The notes under the pieces were generated by a model. The model saw nothing but the letters and a program-made list of their open reading frames with translations, was not told the DNA's origin and made no database searches. A stretch of DNA of 64,000 nucleotides, taken from contig NW_019091357.1 of NCBI RefSeq assembly GCF_001949145.1, positions 1,514,746-1,578,745 of the forward strand. Reading direction: 5' to 3'. Below, one piece after another: positions 36,523 to 50,562 of this stretch. Source of the DNA: Acanthaster planci (lineage: Eukaryota). Made by a program: the position numbers and the translations under genes. The first letter of the stretch is position 1, and the number at the start of each line of letters is the position of its first letter.

Positions 36523-38104
36523 ATCCTTTCACCCATAGAAGCATTCTATGTTCTAGTCACACCGCGAAAGTGTTTTAGCGGCACACGTTCATGAATGAAC
36601 AGGCGATTTCACCTACTATCTCGTCGCACATTTTGGAATATTACTTTAAAATGACCGGTAAAAAACAAACCAAGCAAAATAATTTGACGATATATAGCTC
36701 TTGAGGTGAAAAGACAGGGCTGCATTATAGGAAGACATCAATAGCATATTCGAATAAAAACTCAAAATAAAAATTCTTGGTTTAAAAACTTGTTGAAATT
36801 TTTCCAGATAAGGTGCTTATCATATTTTCACTGACCGTCTTCGAACCCTGTTTTTGTTAATCTTATCCACTTTTAAATATTCCACGTGTCAAAAAGGGGG
36901 GGGTGTTCTGGCGTTAGTCAATTGGACTTCATTACGCCGACGTGGACCTACCGCTTTTGGGGATTCATTCGTCGTGGGTTCGCAGTCATTGACCAAAGTA
37001 CAACAGCTGTGAATATCATTCATAAATAGGTCAAATTTCCGGATATTTCTCCACGAGTGGACACCAAAAAACTCCGTCAAATGAGGCAGAAAAAGAGCCG
37101 GGAGGCTTGTTGATTCTGTTCACTTGAAGGACTCACGCCGTGTTTTTCCCCATTCAAGAACCAATTGATGATGTCACCACAATTTAACACTTCTGTGGAA
37201 TAGCTGTACTTAATTGTAAAGTGACTTGGCGGAGACTGTTAGAGACTGTTCAGAATCATGAGGAGTTTCTTCCGGTATAGTAACTTTCATAAATCGATTA
37301 GAATTTTGGAATATTGTTTCAACAGATTCAGATTACCCATAATGGTGGATTTCCTTGGAAGCAGGGACAATGAAGAAAAGTAAAACAAAGGGGCGCAAAG
37401 AAAGTAGTATAAAGATGCGAGTTTTCCTTAATTCAGGGGCTGAGAGTGACAGTTCAAAGTAGATACAGCTTTATTTTTCCCGTAATAAAACTGCTTTTGC
37501 ATATAAGGCAAGATACTGATGTTTTGAGCAAAGCTTGATTGAAGTCTTGGTCCAATCAACCTATAATTATTAAGCATTTTTAATTATTGACTTCATGTAT
37601 AACCATGGATCAAAGAAGCCTCTGCTATAACTGAAATAGGGGGACGCAATCCCTCAAATCGATTAGAACCGATATACAGACACCAATCTCACACGCCAAA
37701 CAAGTGCAGGCCTTGACACAGACTGCCTTGTTCACTTGCAAAGTTCCTCTGCCAAACGGTGAAACTCGGTAACAAGTTTCAAGAATCCACCGTAATTGTG
37801 CATATTTATGTGCCGTATTACATACAGCACAGGGTTGACTTCCTAACTCCAAACTTGCTCTGTGCAGGCCTCGGACCCACCTGCCGAGGACTATAGGAAC
37901 GCAGAAGGTCACCAGATTAAGTGGGTTTGTTAACTTAATCCCCTACTCCAGTAATGGCATGTAATGGGTCGACGCGTCGATACGCCAGGACCACCCGGAG
38001 GGTTGTGTAAGGGCTCAACTTCAAGCCACTCTCCTTGCTCGAAATAACGAACCTCGTTGATACACCACACCATGTGCATGGACTTGCAAGCTATAGAGTA
38101 CCAA

Positions 38105-38287
38105 CAGTGGCGAGGCTCGGATTTTACTAGTGGAGGGGCACAAAGGGGCCACCGGCATTCCGTGGCAAGTTTTTATTAGCCTTGTTAAGTATCTATTCAT
38201 CCATTTGGGGGGGGGGTCTGGGGGTACCGGGAATGAGGGGGGGGCACGGGCACGTGCTCTCCAGGCCCCACCGTGGCTACGCCACTG
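38105..38287. mobile_element. Non-autonomous DNA transposon with CAGTGGCG TIRs (hAT-like)
   Basis: CAGTGGCG ... CGCCACTG ends with internal poly-G tracts. Confidence 0.55.
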
Positions 38288-38495
38288 TCGGGTATTCGCC
38301 GGCCTGAATTTGCGTCTACGTCGCTTCTCAAGTCGTATGGACGAAAGAAGTGAAAATGATTAATACATACATGTCGCGGTAGATGAACTTCTCCCGTATC
38401 CCATCACGAAACTCAAACCCATCTCGGGAAATCAAACACGTCCCATTTGATCTGTTCATTTTGTTCATTATGATTTTGTGTTGGGGCACACCTAG

Positions 38496-38582
38496 CCTTG
38501 GTCAAGGCGTTAGTTATCAGCCGACCGTACTGAAGCTGTGGTAAATCAACGGTGCGGCTCATGATGAACGCCTTGACCAAGG
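38496..38582. repeat. Miniature inverted-repeat element
   Basis: CCTTGGTCAAGGCGTT ... AACGCCTTGACCAAGG (16-bp perfect ends) with further imperfect internal pairing. Confidence 0.75.
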
Positions 38583-39680
38583 ATGTAGGGCATATGACTT
38601 AAAGTTAAACCAAATGAGACAGGAAGAAACTGTAGCCTGTAGGTAAGTCACCTCCAAATATCAAAGGCAAATCTCTTAAACCGAACAGAGACAGATCAGC
38701 GGCGATGTTTATTTAATTAATGTGCTCCCTCTGTCAGCCAGGGGGGGGGGAATGATTTCTATTTCTCGTTTCAAATTTGTGCCAATGCATGGCGTGATGG
38801 CAGGGGCGATGGTTCTCATTCTTCCCAACCTGATTATTCCAGATTATAAGCAACAGCTCCATGATGCAACAATCTTTACAGTCGTTGCGTAAATTAATCA
38901 GTTCCTGAATTCTCGATTGGCTAGTCTCACCATGCACCATGCTTTTTGACTTAGAAATCAACCGAAGATTCTGTACGCTGTTCACCAGGAAACCATTCAA
39001 GGACAAATAACTGAAATACCACAGCGCTCCTCGGAAATATCAGCTCTTTATTAGTTTTACCGATGGTGTTAATTACTGATCTGTCAACGAGTTGTCTGGT
39101 CTGCCTGAGAGTGCCGGATCAAGAGGAGTAGAGTGGCTATCTACCCCCAAAAACACGGTACTGGCTTTATCACAACATCTCCTTTAGGAGATAAACACCG
39201 GGTGCCGACAAGTGCCTGCGTGAGAACACCATTCACACCATTCGGTGACGGTTTAAGACTTAATTGTTGAGGGTTTTAATTGTTTGCCGTTTCTGACGGC
39301 GCGGCATTGACCCCAGGACAAATCCAACCGCAAATGATAAGGAAGCTTGCAGAGTAACATTAGGCATTTTATTGGTTATCGCGGCTTGTTAAAACCTCCC
39401 TCTACTGTTTACAATTATAGTCTGGTCTGAATTTGTGGAGTATAAAAAGATAAACTTTCGGTACAACTTTGCATTAACTCCTTCTAATGAAGGAATCACA
39501 GCTTCCAAGGTGATGTTAGTTTTTTGATATCCTCACTCCAGAGTCAATTGATCGACAGCTTAGAAAGATTTTCCATAAACATTGTCTTCTAAAAGCGATA
39601 CCATAATTCAAATTACATGTACATGCAAACTTGTGTCCGTGCGCGGTTCTTTAAACCACACGAGGGCGGCTTTAGCGGAA

Positions 39681-39950
39681 AGGGCGGATTCAGAACCAAA
39701 GTTTCGAGGGGAACCGTGGAGGGGGGGGGGCATAGAATTGGATTTTTCAAAAAATCTAACCTTAATGGCCTTTATGTGGGGCGAGGCTACATTTTGGGGC
39801 TTTTCACACGGTTTTGAAGGAAGAGAAATAAAACAGACGACGGATTCGCATTTTCATCTTTATTTATTAAAAAAGTGTCTCTTTTAGTTTTACTCCTTTA
39901 CTTTTTTTCGGGGGTGGTGGTGGCCCCTTTTCCCCACCCGGATCTGCCCT
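39681..39950. mobile_element. Non-autonomous DNA transposon with AGGGCGGAT-type TIRs
   Basis: AGGGCGGATTC ... GGATCTGCCCT ends and an internal poly-G tract. Confidence 0.5.
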
Positions 39951-42900
39951 TATAATTATGTGTGGGGATGTTATGGAAGTAAGACAGAGAAAGCATGGGA
40001 ACGGTAGCACATGGGATTGGAATTTTCGGATCCGTTGCATAACTTCTACATTCTTAGCCTCTCAAGTTATAATCACATTATCAAGGCCTGCTCGTGTCCG
40101 CGTTCCCATGTGACAAAAAATGGCTCTAGATCAGCCCACCAAAAACACTGTAGAAAACGTAAGTTTCGAAAATATACAGAAAACAGGTGTCTTTAGTGAA
40201 CAAAAAAGCTTCTGTTTGAGCCATCACATAACACGTGATGGCACGTAACCTGCGGAAAAAGTGCAGAGCGGCAAGCTTCGTGCGTCACAGAGGGCTCAGA
40301 TCGCAGTTTATGAATCAAATGACTTGAATGGAGTCGTTTACCACTCGTCAAGGTAGGACAGTTTTCCCCAACCATGACCGTCATATTACGACTCAAAGGA
40401 AGTTAGTTCCCTCAAAAGTAGATCGAAAAAAGCTACTTCAAAATCACAGGTATTGAAGGTGTTGGCTCTTCGGGAGAAAAGGGAAAAGTTTGTTTCATTG
40501 GACGCTAAATTCCAATACAATAAATCAGCTTGCTAGGAAGGCAAAATCGCGCCAGCGTAACTATGACACATAAATCATTAAATGGAAATTGAAGAGAAAC
40601 AAAGTAGTGATTCCCTCACGTTTGAATGTCTCGTATAGATGATTAGCATGGTAGCCAATTTGCAAGGCAATTCTTTTGTTCACCAGCGAAACCTCCTTTG
40701 TGCATACACTGCGGAACCAAAGCACTGGCAAGCAAGATGGCATATGCACGCCCTCTAGGCTCCAGTCGACACGAATTTCGCGCAATGTGATGGCCAGGCC
40801 ATGCCTTTAAATGTCAGCAGTAGAAACGATCTGAGCCATGCCAATTCAGATTTTTTTCCCGATACGTGTCAAAACAGGCGATAGCGGACATTACTTGTAC
40901 ATTTGTGTCCATGCTTACTATCAGGCGATATTTAATTTCCAACATACGAATGCAAACAATGATATTTCCAGCTATCGTGTCATCTTGTTTTGAAGTCAAT
41001 CGATCGCAATATGAATAACTTTGTTTTTGAAATCACCCCAAAAAGCCCCCCCCCCAAAAAAGAGCGAGTTCATATCTGTTACAAATAAAAGGTGCTGGTT
41101 GTAAATGCTCCCACACGTGTATACCTCCCTGACGTCATCATTGTCGTTACCATTGATGTCATCTACGCCGTCGCGCGCCAACTTGTTGACATAGATTATG
41201 ATGGTATACTAGTACGGCCTAATCGAAAATAAGCGATATCACACAGGTTATTTTTAGTTTTAGTACATTTACGCTCTCACTTCTAAAGATAGAAACATAC
41301 ACAGATCCACACTAGCGTTTCATTATCTTTTGGGACGTCAGCTGCTCTATCCCCGAGACTTTTTCATCTTTTTATCATCTAATGATGAAATTGAAAATGC
41401 ATGTACATATTAATGTCAACAGATTTCATCTGTTACATGACGTTGACAGTAAAGCACTTAGAAAACATCCTTGGCAAATATACCACAAATTGTGGTGCTC
41501 GGCTGTAATAAATATGAATGGAAATTTGACAAATTTGGGAAATTTCTATGTACATATATTTAGATATGTAACGTCAAATTTTTACGTGCGTTTATGATGT
41601 GTATTTCCAGTATACCTTCACCAACGCAACGGTATGATATAAAACATATAAGCATATATTTACAAACGCCGACATTTGCAACCCGTTCGCTATATTCTCC
41701 ACCAGTAATTTATTATTAACCAAACATGATAAGATTAAGCGGGAAACAGTTTTTTTTATTTGGACTTTTCAACCTTAGCATTTGTCTTCGGGGAATTATT
41801 TTAATATGACACGGTCTCTCACAATGAATTGTCAGGGAAGATTTAACCTTTGGATGGCACATGGATAGTTCTCAAGGATTTTTGTCTTGTTTTCGGCTGG
41901 CGGGGTCATACACTATCGCGGATATTGATATATAGATTGTGTAATTCATTTCCGTAAACAGCATTCTTGTTTATTGAAATTCAGTCTTGAACAGTGTGTC
42001 CCATGTGGTCAAATTTAAAGCAGGCTGAGCACCCGAACTGGGGAAAAAATCCCACTCAATGGTTGGTTTGTTTCCAGCCTACAGCACTTCCTTCATAAAA
42101 ACTATTATGTTATTGTTGACATCAACAATATTTCGGAGCATTTTGAGCAGAAAGGTGTTTTAATTAAAGTAACAGCGGTCGTGAACTTTATAAGCGCATT
42201 TGATGGACTTGCTCTTGTACTTTAGAACTCTTTATCAATGTGCCTTGCGTTTTGGTTTAAAATCTTTGCGTGTCAGTTGTTTCCTTTTTTTTCTTGTTAC
42301 TTTGGCGAAAATCTTCTTTTACAAAAAACGTATCCCATACATATACAAAATCATCCACTTCCACACCAAGAAAACACACATTTTTAGGGATATAAAAAAT
42401 ACCGATAGCGTTCTTGATTCTCGAAAAACTTTAAAGATAAGAAAAATGATTTTGGGACCGGGACTGGGTATAAGTCCTTGTGGCTTTTGGTATCCGTCCA
42501 ACTGACCTTAGATCTAACCATCTATGGTTTCACGGCTATGGAATGTTTACTTTCCTTGTCCACGGCTCAGCGTTCGTATCCATTGTCCTGAATTACAAAC
42601 AACCTTCAAATTAGCTTATTTTTTATACCAGCAATCCTCTAGAGAAAAGACACGATCCACGGTGTGTTGACGTTTACTCGTTTGTTTTGTTTTGAAAAGG
42701 CAAAACAATGGACCGTCAGAGTTTATAAGGGTTAGTATTTAAAAGTCAGTTTGACCTTAAGGCCATCTGAGGTCTTTGATGTGTGCAAACTCATCATGTT
42801 TTATCAACCTGCTCCAATTATAACAAAAACTATTTATGAGATAAATGATGTATAATTTATTCCAAAGATAGTGTCAAGGCCTAGCATTAGATCACTGATC

Positions 42901-45900
42901 CTTTATGCAAGCGTAATCATCCGTCGCTCTTTGGGGGCCAGAAAGAAGTATGGCGGGGAGACTTGCCAACCAGTTTGGGTGGAATTCTGTCCAGGGAAAC
43001 GCTCAAAGCGATGTGTGTCAATACATGACATGATGTTAGAATTTGTTAACCAGATTAATGCTGCCAGACACATATACAAACGAACCATTGTGAATACGAA
43101 TAGGTTTGTCGCCTGGCAAAAGCCTGTAGCAAGGATTTAGTTTCGTTGCCGATCATAATACCGTGGAGACGTGTGACCCATGAAGTACCGAGGGGGTATA
43201 AAGCTTAAACTTGAAGAATCTTAAGAGTTTTTGAGCATTAAGGTACTATATTGGAGCAAAATTAGAGCATGTTAGTCCTCTGTCTTGTCAGCAACTTCGG
43301 ATCTTTTTTATTTTTTTGAAACACTTATCTGGTGTTCGGTCAAGTTCAAGCCTAGGTCAGGAAACACAATATTGACCAAGGGTGCGCTATCGACTGTTTC
43401 TTTCGATCTTTATCAAAGGATTGAAAGCCTGTGTCTAAAGTGACCTCGGGAGAACTTGACTATTAATAATTATTGTCTCCCTGACTGTCAATCCTCAACT
43501 AACTCAGACAAAAACTTGCTTGACACGGCTTGGTCAAGGTCCTAGGCTTGGACCAAGCTACTAGACTTGGCGCTTGACTTTTGGGATGTGTTTCTAATCC
43601 ACTCACGAGGATGTAGCGCTTAAAAAAACTTAATGTTCGTGAACTGCCGCCCGTTAAAAAAATGCAACCGGGCTTGCCATATGAACAACGTTCCACACAA
43701 TGGTGTGCGGCACTTTCATTTTAATTGCTATTTCAACTTTGACACTTCAAATAGACCTAAAAAACATCGTATGTTTCTCACATCTCCAAAATGCAAACTC
43801 TCAACCTGTGGTTGTCTCAGTGTGTTTCAAATGGAAGGCCGTTAAGCCCTCTAGTGATAAGAACGCATGCATGACCTGGTACAGAGACTCCACTCTCAAA
43901 GACAGTCAACGAAAAGAAAAAGAAAAAAAGAAATCGCCATCTTTGGGCGTGATGGCGGTCTGTGAATGGCAGCACGACTTGAGCATTTCTTCTAATGACC
44001 TCCAAACCTCCAATGACACTTAGCAGGTATACTGAATCCTAATGCATCCCCTTTTCACTTGTAAAGGAAGAGCAGTCCTAACATCTTTTTTCCTCTTAGG
44101 AGCCGGTTTAACCTTGCTGATAAAACGCCCCGGGGTACCACGGACACCCCTATTATTCTCCAAAAGATGTCCGATTCACCAATTATTCGGGTTTTTCTGC
44201 CATTAATCCTTGGGGTTCTTAATCCGCTTTCACAACCATAAAAAGGTGTTCTTGTTGTTATGCTTCGTGCTCGACGGTTCCTTACTGGTGGGAAAACAAG
44301 ATTTCAAGACACAGCAACTCTCACAATGTTGGCCGTTCCTTGCTCGGCCCATGGAGGAAGGAATTAAAATCGAATCCCCCTTTTTTTGTCGAGTTTCGAT
44401 ATTAAGAAATGGATGCATCTGCATAACGCACTCTTGTAGAACCATTCATTTTCAATATGTCATGCTCGGGCTGCCTGTCGATCTATTTATGCCCTTAATT
44501 AAGGACACCAATGTTATTTTCTGAGGGATTGTGAAACTTAGATTTAAACTGGTCAGTTTGTCTTAATACAATAACTGCTTAGGCCTTCAGTACTCCACTA
44601 GCCATTTGAAGAAATTTTTTGACAATAATAATTGTCTATGAAAATAGCCTAATTTAATGTTCTATTTATATCGTTCAAATACGATGCCCCATTGCCATGT
44701 CATATTGCAGTTTTGTAAATCACTCGGCGACAGCTGACGCGATAATTAACCATAAGCTGCAGAGAGAAACCTTTCGGCGAAGGACGCAAAACACTCAGAA
44801 AAGAAGAGCATCTCGCTTCTGTAAGTTACGGCAAATGACCAGCTATGCAGTAATAACAGGATTTATTGCCGTTTCGGCCGGTGGCAAGATAATCATGAAC
44901 TATGCCAATGCCAAGTTCCGTCGACTTGGAGCACCTGCCGGCTTTGCATTTGAACAGTAAACAAATCAGCACCAAGGATGAAGTCTGGGCTTTTCTGCTC
45001 GTCGACAGTTCCAAAATACTTAATCTTCTCTATCGATTTCGTTAATAAAATCTAAACCTGACGACTTCCGGGCAAGGTCAAGCAGTGTACCTTGTGATTG
45101 GTTGTTTGATGACAACCGATATATGCATAATATTAAACACAAACGTAAATCCTCCACTTATACTTAACCGTCGCTTCGTCGATACTGATTAATTCCTCCA
45201 TGTGATTACTATGAGTGGCCTTTGGAATGTTTATTCATATATATAGGTCGATAATTGGAAAAAAAATACAATTTCTAGATTAAATCATGCCAATATAATA
45301 ACTTCCAATATTGACATTTTGAAAGTTTTGTAAAAATGCTTTCTGTAATGGGGGTCCATGATGCCTTAATTAAGAAAGTATCATTAACAAATCCATGGCT
45401 CTTGTATCAAAAGTTTCAAGGTGGCTATTGACACGCCTTATTCAACTCGAGAAAACATTTTGCAGCTGTTCACAACAGACAGCAACAAGCCAAAGCTGTA
45501 ATCATTCGAACATTGGCTGAATCTTTGACCTTGTCAAGAAAGGCAGGCTTGTGGTTGGTCATTCTGCTCGCCAACAACCGAGGCCAAGATTGAACGCAAT
45601 GCACAGTGGAGTCAATGACCGTTACAAGGGGCCGCTGGCCCAATTCTGGTCTCCTTGAACGAGTGGGATTCGAGAGGAAGTCCTTCGTTTGTATTGCCAC
45701 ACACCGCCCAACCGCAAAGCCCCTGATGGAAAAACTCCCGACCTTTCTGGCGTTCTGAAATGTGGTTAAATCGTGGTCTTTTCTGAAATTTACTGTTTGT
45801 ATGTGTTATTTAATGACGTAACAGTTTCTTGCAGATAAATTAACTTCATCCTTGACATAGTTTTAAGGATTAAAGATAAACAGTCGCGTATTAAATACAT

Positions 45901-48900
45901 GAAAGTTGCTTTCCGGATATATACGTAAAAAAGACAAAAAGACAATCATGAAAATCTCTTTCAAGCAGCAAACATACATTTAAAAAAATCTAACCTCTTG
46001 AAGAGATCATGTAAATAAAAATATCAATTTAACAAAAATAAGAAGCAATCAGGTCACCTGGATATTTATCAGTCATAACGAGAAAAAGGGGTCGGAGCAT
46101 GAGCATTGTTTGTAGCTCGTAATGACTTTTCTTTCTGTGATCGAACACTGCTATTCGAAAAGCCAAAATGAATGGGCGAAAGGGCAGACATTTTTCAGCT
46201 TCTTTATGCATGAACACCATAAGACGCCAATTTCATAAAATGCAGCTACAACTTCCATCATAAATCTGTTTTGTTGAGCATGTACGAGTGGGTGTCGTAG
46301 TCCGAAAAGAATGCGCTAAAAGCACAGAATCTAATATGCAAGGTCGAAGCACCAAATTCTAAAAAGTGCACCCAACCTTGCCAGAAATTAGAATTGGACA
46401 ATAATGCACATGGAACAGACACAAGGAACATGAGTCACAAATCATGTGCACATGCAACTTGGTGGGTAACTTATGACCTGGAGTTTTGCATTCAACGGGA
46501 TGTTTAAACCACGCCGTGGGCGAAATACCATCAGATTTGCTAACGAGGTGGTGTGGGAAAACCTCAGCGGCTCAAGTCATCTTTTCGTGGAAGTGAGCGA
46601 TGAAGCAACTTTATACAGAAAGGGCAAACTTAAATTAGATATAACTCAACATCGCAGGTTGCTTCCATGGACCTGGTGTCGATGATCGCAAGAAAACCGA
46701 GACAGGCCAGAATAAAATCTTGTTTCACGGGCCCTTCAACCCCGGATATAAAGGAGGGATATTAATTCCTCCATGGAAATACATTCCCCCGTCAAACAAT
46801 CATTGTACTGGGTGGATCAGAATCAGTTTGTATTCTGTAATGGTTCAGCAAATTTCTAGTTAAGTTGTCTGTCAAAGTTTTGAGGCATACAGACAAGGGT
46901 ACTTACGCTCGGTACTGTTTGTAAGCTTAGAAATTATACCACCTCTTTTAGTGCCATAATTTGATTGTCATGTACAAGTTTTGGGATTAGAATAAACAGT
47001 AAAAACTTTCTAACAAGTTGTGTTGATTTGTTGATCAATATAGCACTTGTAGAAATGTCAACGAAACACACACATTATCTTACAGACATGACATGAGACT
47101 CTAATTCGTTGTCGGGGAGCCAGACCACAAAAGGTGCAATCAGAAGGTGAAATCTACCATGGCGTGTTTTCTTGGCACTTGAAGCTGCACCCACTGCGAG
47201 GTTAACCGGTGGGAGAAAAAACCTGCTATTTTAAACCCCCTTTCACAATACTTTTCTCCCCGATTTCCCAAGAACTTGGCAACCTGCGCCGCTCATAAGT
47301 ATCCCCTATCACACGACCTCGACAGCAGCGGCCGGCGGCCCGCAGTCGACCATAGCCCCGGGGACGCGGCCACTAGTTCGTTATGAAATGATTCCATTCT
47401 TCCAAATTATACCGTCTCAAAGATATTTCTTTTGTGGTCGTGATAAACAGCAAGTCATAAATCAATGTGTAACACAAAATGGTACCTAGTAGCACGCTTT
47501 GTCTACGAGGGTTGTGACATTTATGAAGTTCGGCGTCATTCAGGTTAAATGAGCAAAGTACACACGATGTACGTGGGAACATTCACAGCCATATATTTCT
47601 ATTCACACCACAACTGGTAGGCATCAAACTTTATCCTGTTAATAAATCTTGCAAGCTAGAGTTCCAACAATGCTTTAGAATGAACAATTGCCTTTGAAAC
47701 CTAAAATAATAATGGCGCACTTACTTTCCGTTTCATGGAATACATGGTTTACTTTTTCCCTGGTTCCCATTGTTAGATATCAACACTGTTCCAATGTTAT
47801 ACATTCCATACTATTTTCCCGCCCCACGCCGAAAAGAATAACACCCCACACTGTGCGCCACCACCAACCCACATTCCCTTTAGTCCAGCCGATGGGCCTA
47901 TTGTCAACCTTTACTTCCGATTTGCCAGTTGAATTGGGTCGTCCTTTGTGCGTCTGTGTGATAACTTCGCTATTTCTACAATAGGGGATAAGATATTTCC
48001 GTTGACGCAACACAAGGCTTTTTGTACCAGTATCATGTGTATTCAACCTGCAGTGATTGATGGTTCCACTAAGTGTACTAGTTCAAGTTGGACTGAAGTG
48101 CTCTACCAAGTGGCCTCAGTGGCCTCATGGATAGTGAAACAAATCTTTGGCTAATTCTGAAAGCTTGGAGCATACAATATACATGTACGTACATGGGGAA
48201 TACAGCAATAAAAGTCAACGAATGGAAAGTTTGCACGTCTTTTTTGCTTCTATTTGGCTTAGATGTCGTGTTGTCGCACGGTGTTCGTCCATACCTGCGT
48301 TGCGGTTAAAAAATTTAATAATTGTAACTATTTCAAAATGTATGCCAAGTCGAGCAGTAGCATGTTACTGGAATTGTCGTTTTGGCCTTAGTATTACACC
48401 GATCGTTTCTCTGTCTACCAATATACCCTTGTTTTATTTAAGCAAAAGAGGCACCTGACTGGGAATTTTTTCAGAGAATTCTGTGATCGACCGTTCAAAG
48501 TTTGAGGGTTAACAATTGAAAGGAAGTGCCTCGCAGTACAACACTAAAGCGGCTTTCGGGAATGACAAGGGAATTCCCCTCACTGAGAAATGCAAATAGC
48601 CTTTGCAGTTTACAAAGATCGTCCATCGAGGGAGGTAACTGATCGCTTTTCGTAATACTTAAAGACGTCAATCTTTTGCTCCACATAAGCCCTTTATGAG
48701 CGAGTCGCTCAACATTTAGTTGCATCGACGGAGACTAAATATGCCAAACAACTTTGACGATTTGTCATCGCTTTCTGCGAATAAAGTTTAAGTCTGGTCT
48801 CTTATTTTCTGCATTAATGTTCCTACCACCGACGGTCTTTCCTGCAAAGTTTAGTGCCTTGTTTGGTGTCTGCCTGGCGCCTTTTTCATGTCCGACTTTC

Positions 48901-50396
48901 GAGGGTCTACTGAGTCCATTGTTCGACTAGACATGGTCTGGCAATATCTTAATACATCAAAATTGCAAACGCGTTATCGTCAAAGTTGTACACAGACATC
49001 CGAACGGCGACAGACGCAAAAGTTCACATGTAGGTCGCAAACGGTTATCAACCCCCGAGGAATACTGGAAATCGATTCCAGAATTTGATGGGGGCAGGGT
49101 TGAGGAAAAGTTCAGCACATCGTGCACAGCAAACCGAGTTAAACGCGGCGTCAATGGAATTGTACGAGTCCAAGAACTCGAGCCCGTTTGCTCACTAAGC
49201 CCATGTATGATCCGACCATGAAATTGGTTAGGCTACGTTCACGTTCCATCGAGACTTTTTATGGATTCCTGAAATAGATATTGCATGGTTGCGTAAATCC
49301 TTTCGCTTTGGGCACTTCCGAACTCTTTATTCAGCAGAACTCTTTGCAAGCAAACTCTTACCAAAGCATGAAAAGGTGAAGTGTTAATAGAATTCAACAA
49401 GTGAAGCAAAAGCTATTCAGCCGGCCGTTCTGGGTATGTGTGACGTCAGTGCTGTTTCTTTAACAAAATCATCGCCATGTCAAGTTTCTGCATAGAATTC
49501 CTGACAAAGAGTGATTCGATCTTTTTGTGGCTGCATTTGCAGGCTCACGTATTCTTCAGAATATTCACAAATTTAGTGGGAATTTTCTCCTTCATTCCAA
49601 GTGAAGAAAACATAAATTATATTTCTTCTTGTATTTGCTTAGTTTGGTGTATGTAGGAGTTGGCAGTTTGAATTTATGAGAAAAACATTACTTGACATAA
49701 TCAGTGCATTAGGTGTTGGTACACTCTCTCTACAGAGTAGTAAAGTTCATTTTTCCACCAAATTCAAAGATCAAAGGTGTATTTATCTGCCAAATAATTG
49801 TGCCGTATGCTTCCGTTTGCAGACGATAAGAATCTCACTGAAAGGCTTGTTTGGACTTTGATTAATAAATAAAGCCTAAAGCGGTTAAACCTATGGAGAT
49901 ATGGGGATTACAAACCACTAAAGGACCACTTAACTACACACATTCAAGCTGTTTCGACCCGGCCATTAGTAATACCGTAAACTTGTACAAGGTTACAAAA
50001 ACGCGATACACAATGATGGTCAGTGGTTGGAACAGTTTCCTAGGTATAATCAAGAAACAATGCAAGATTTCTGTATCAAATTGTATACAAATTATTCATG
50101 GCTCTTCTGGTAGCTGTGCATTATTTGTGAGTCAGTGCCCATTTGTCGCCAAGCCGACACCAGCGATGGTTTAGTGAAGCCATTTATTGAAATCGAAAGA
50201 ACTGGGTTGGTACGAGCCCCCCCCCCCTCCAGGTCATATTTAATTTTGCCCACGACTGTGTACATTGAGCAATCGGATGTTTGCAATTACGTACATTGGC
50301 CGACGCGACCTCCGCAGCTTCAAGTACGATGGTATCAGATATGACAATTAATCCGATGAGCGCCGATTTCAGCGGATACTGGATCCCACACAACGC

Positions 50397-50562
50397 GGGC
50401 GTTTCACAATAGTGCGCCACCAAGAGTTTGTAACGTGTTGGCCAATCACAACGCACGAAATCTGTCGACCCAATGCGCGTTTGGAAAGGGTCGACAGATT
50501 TCGCGCGATGTGATTGGCCAACGCACTGCAACTTTTTGGAGGCGCACTATTGTGAATCGCCC
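50397..50562. repeat. About 165-bp palindromic element with a CCAAT box in each arm
   Basis: GGGCGTTTCACAATAGTGCGCC...TTGGCCAATCACA...CGAAATCTGTCGACCC pairs with GGGTCGACAGATTTCG...TGTGATTGGCCAA...GGCGCACTATTGTGAATCGCCC. Confidence 0.85.
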
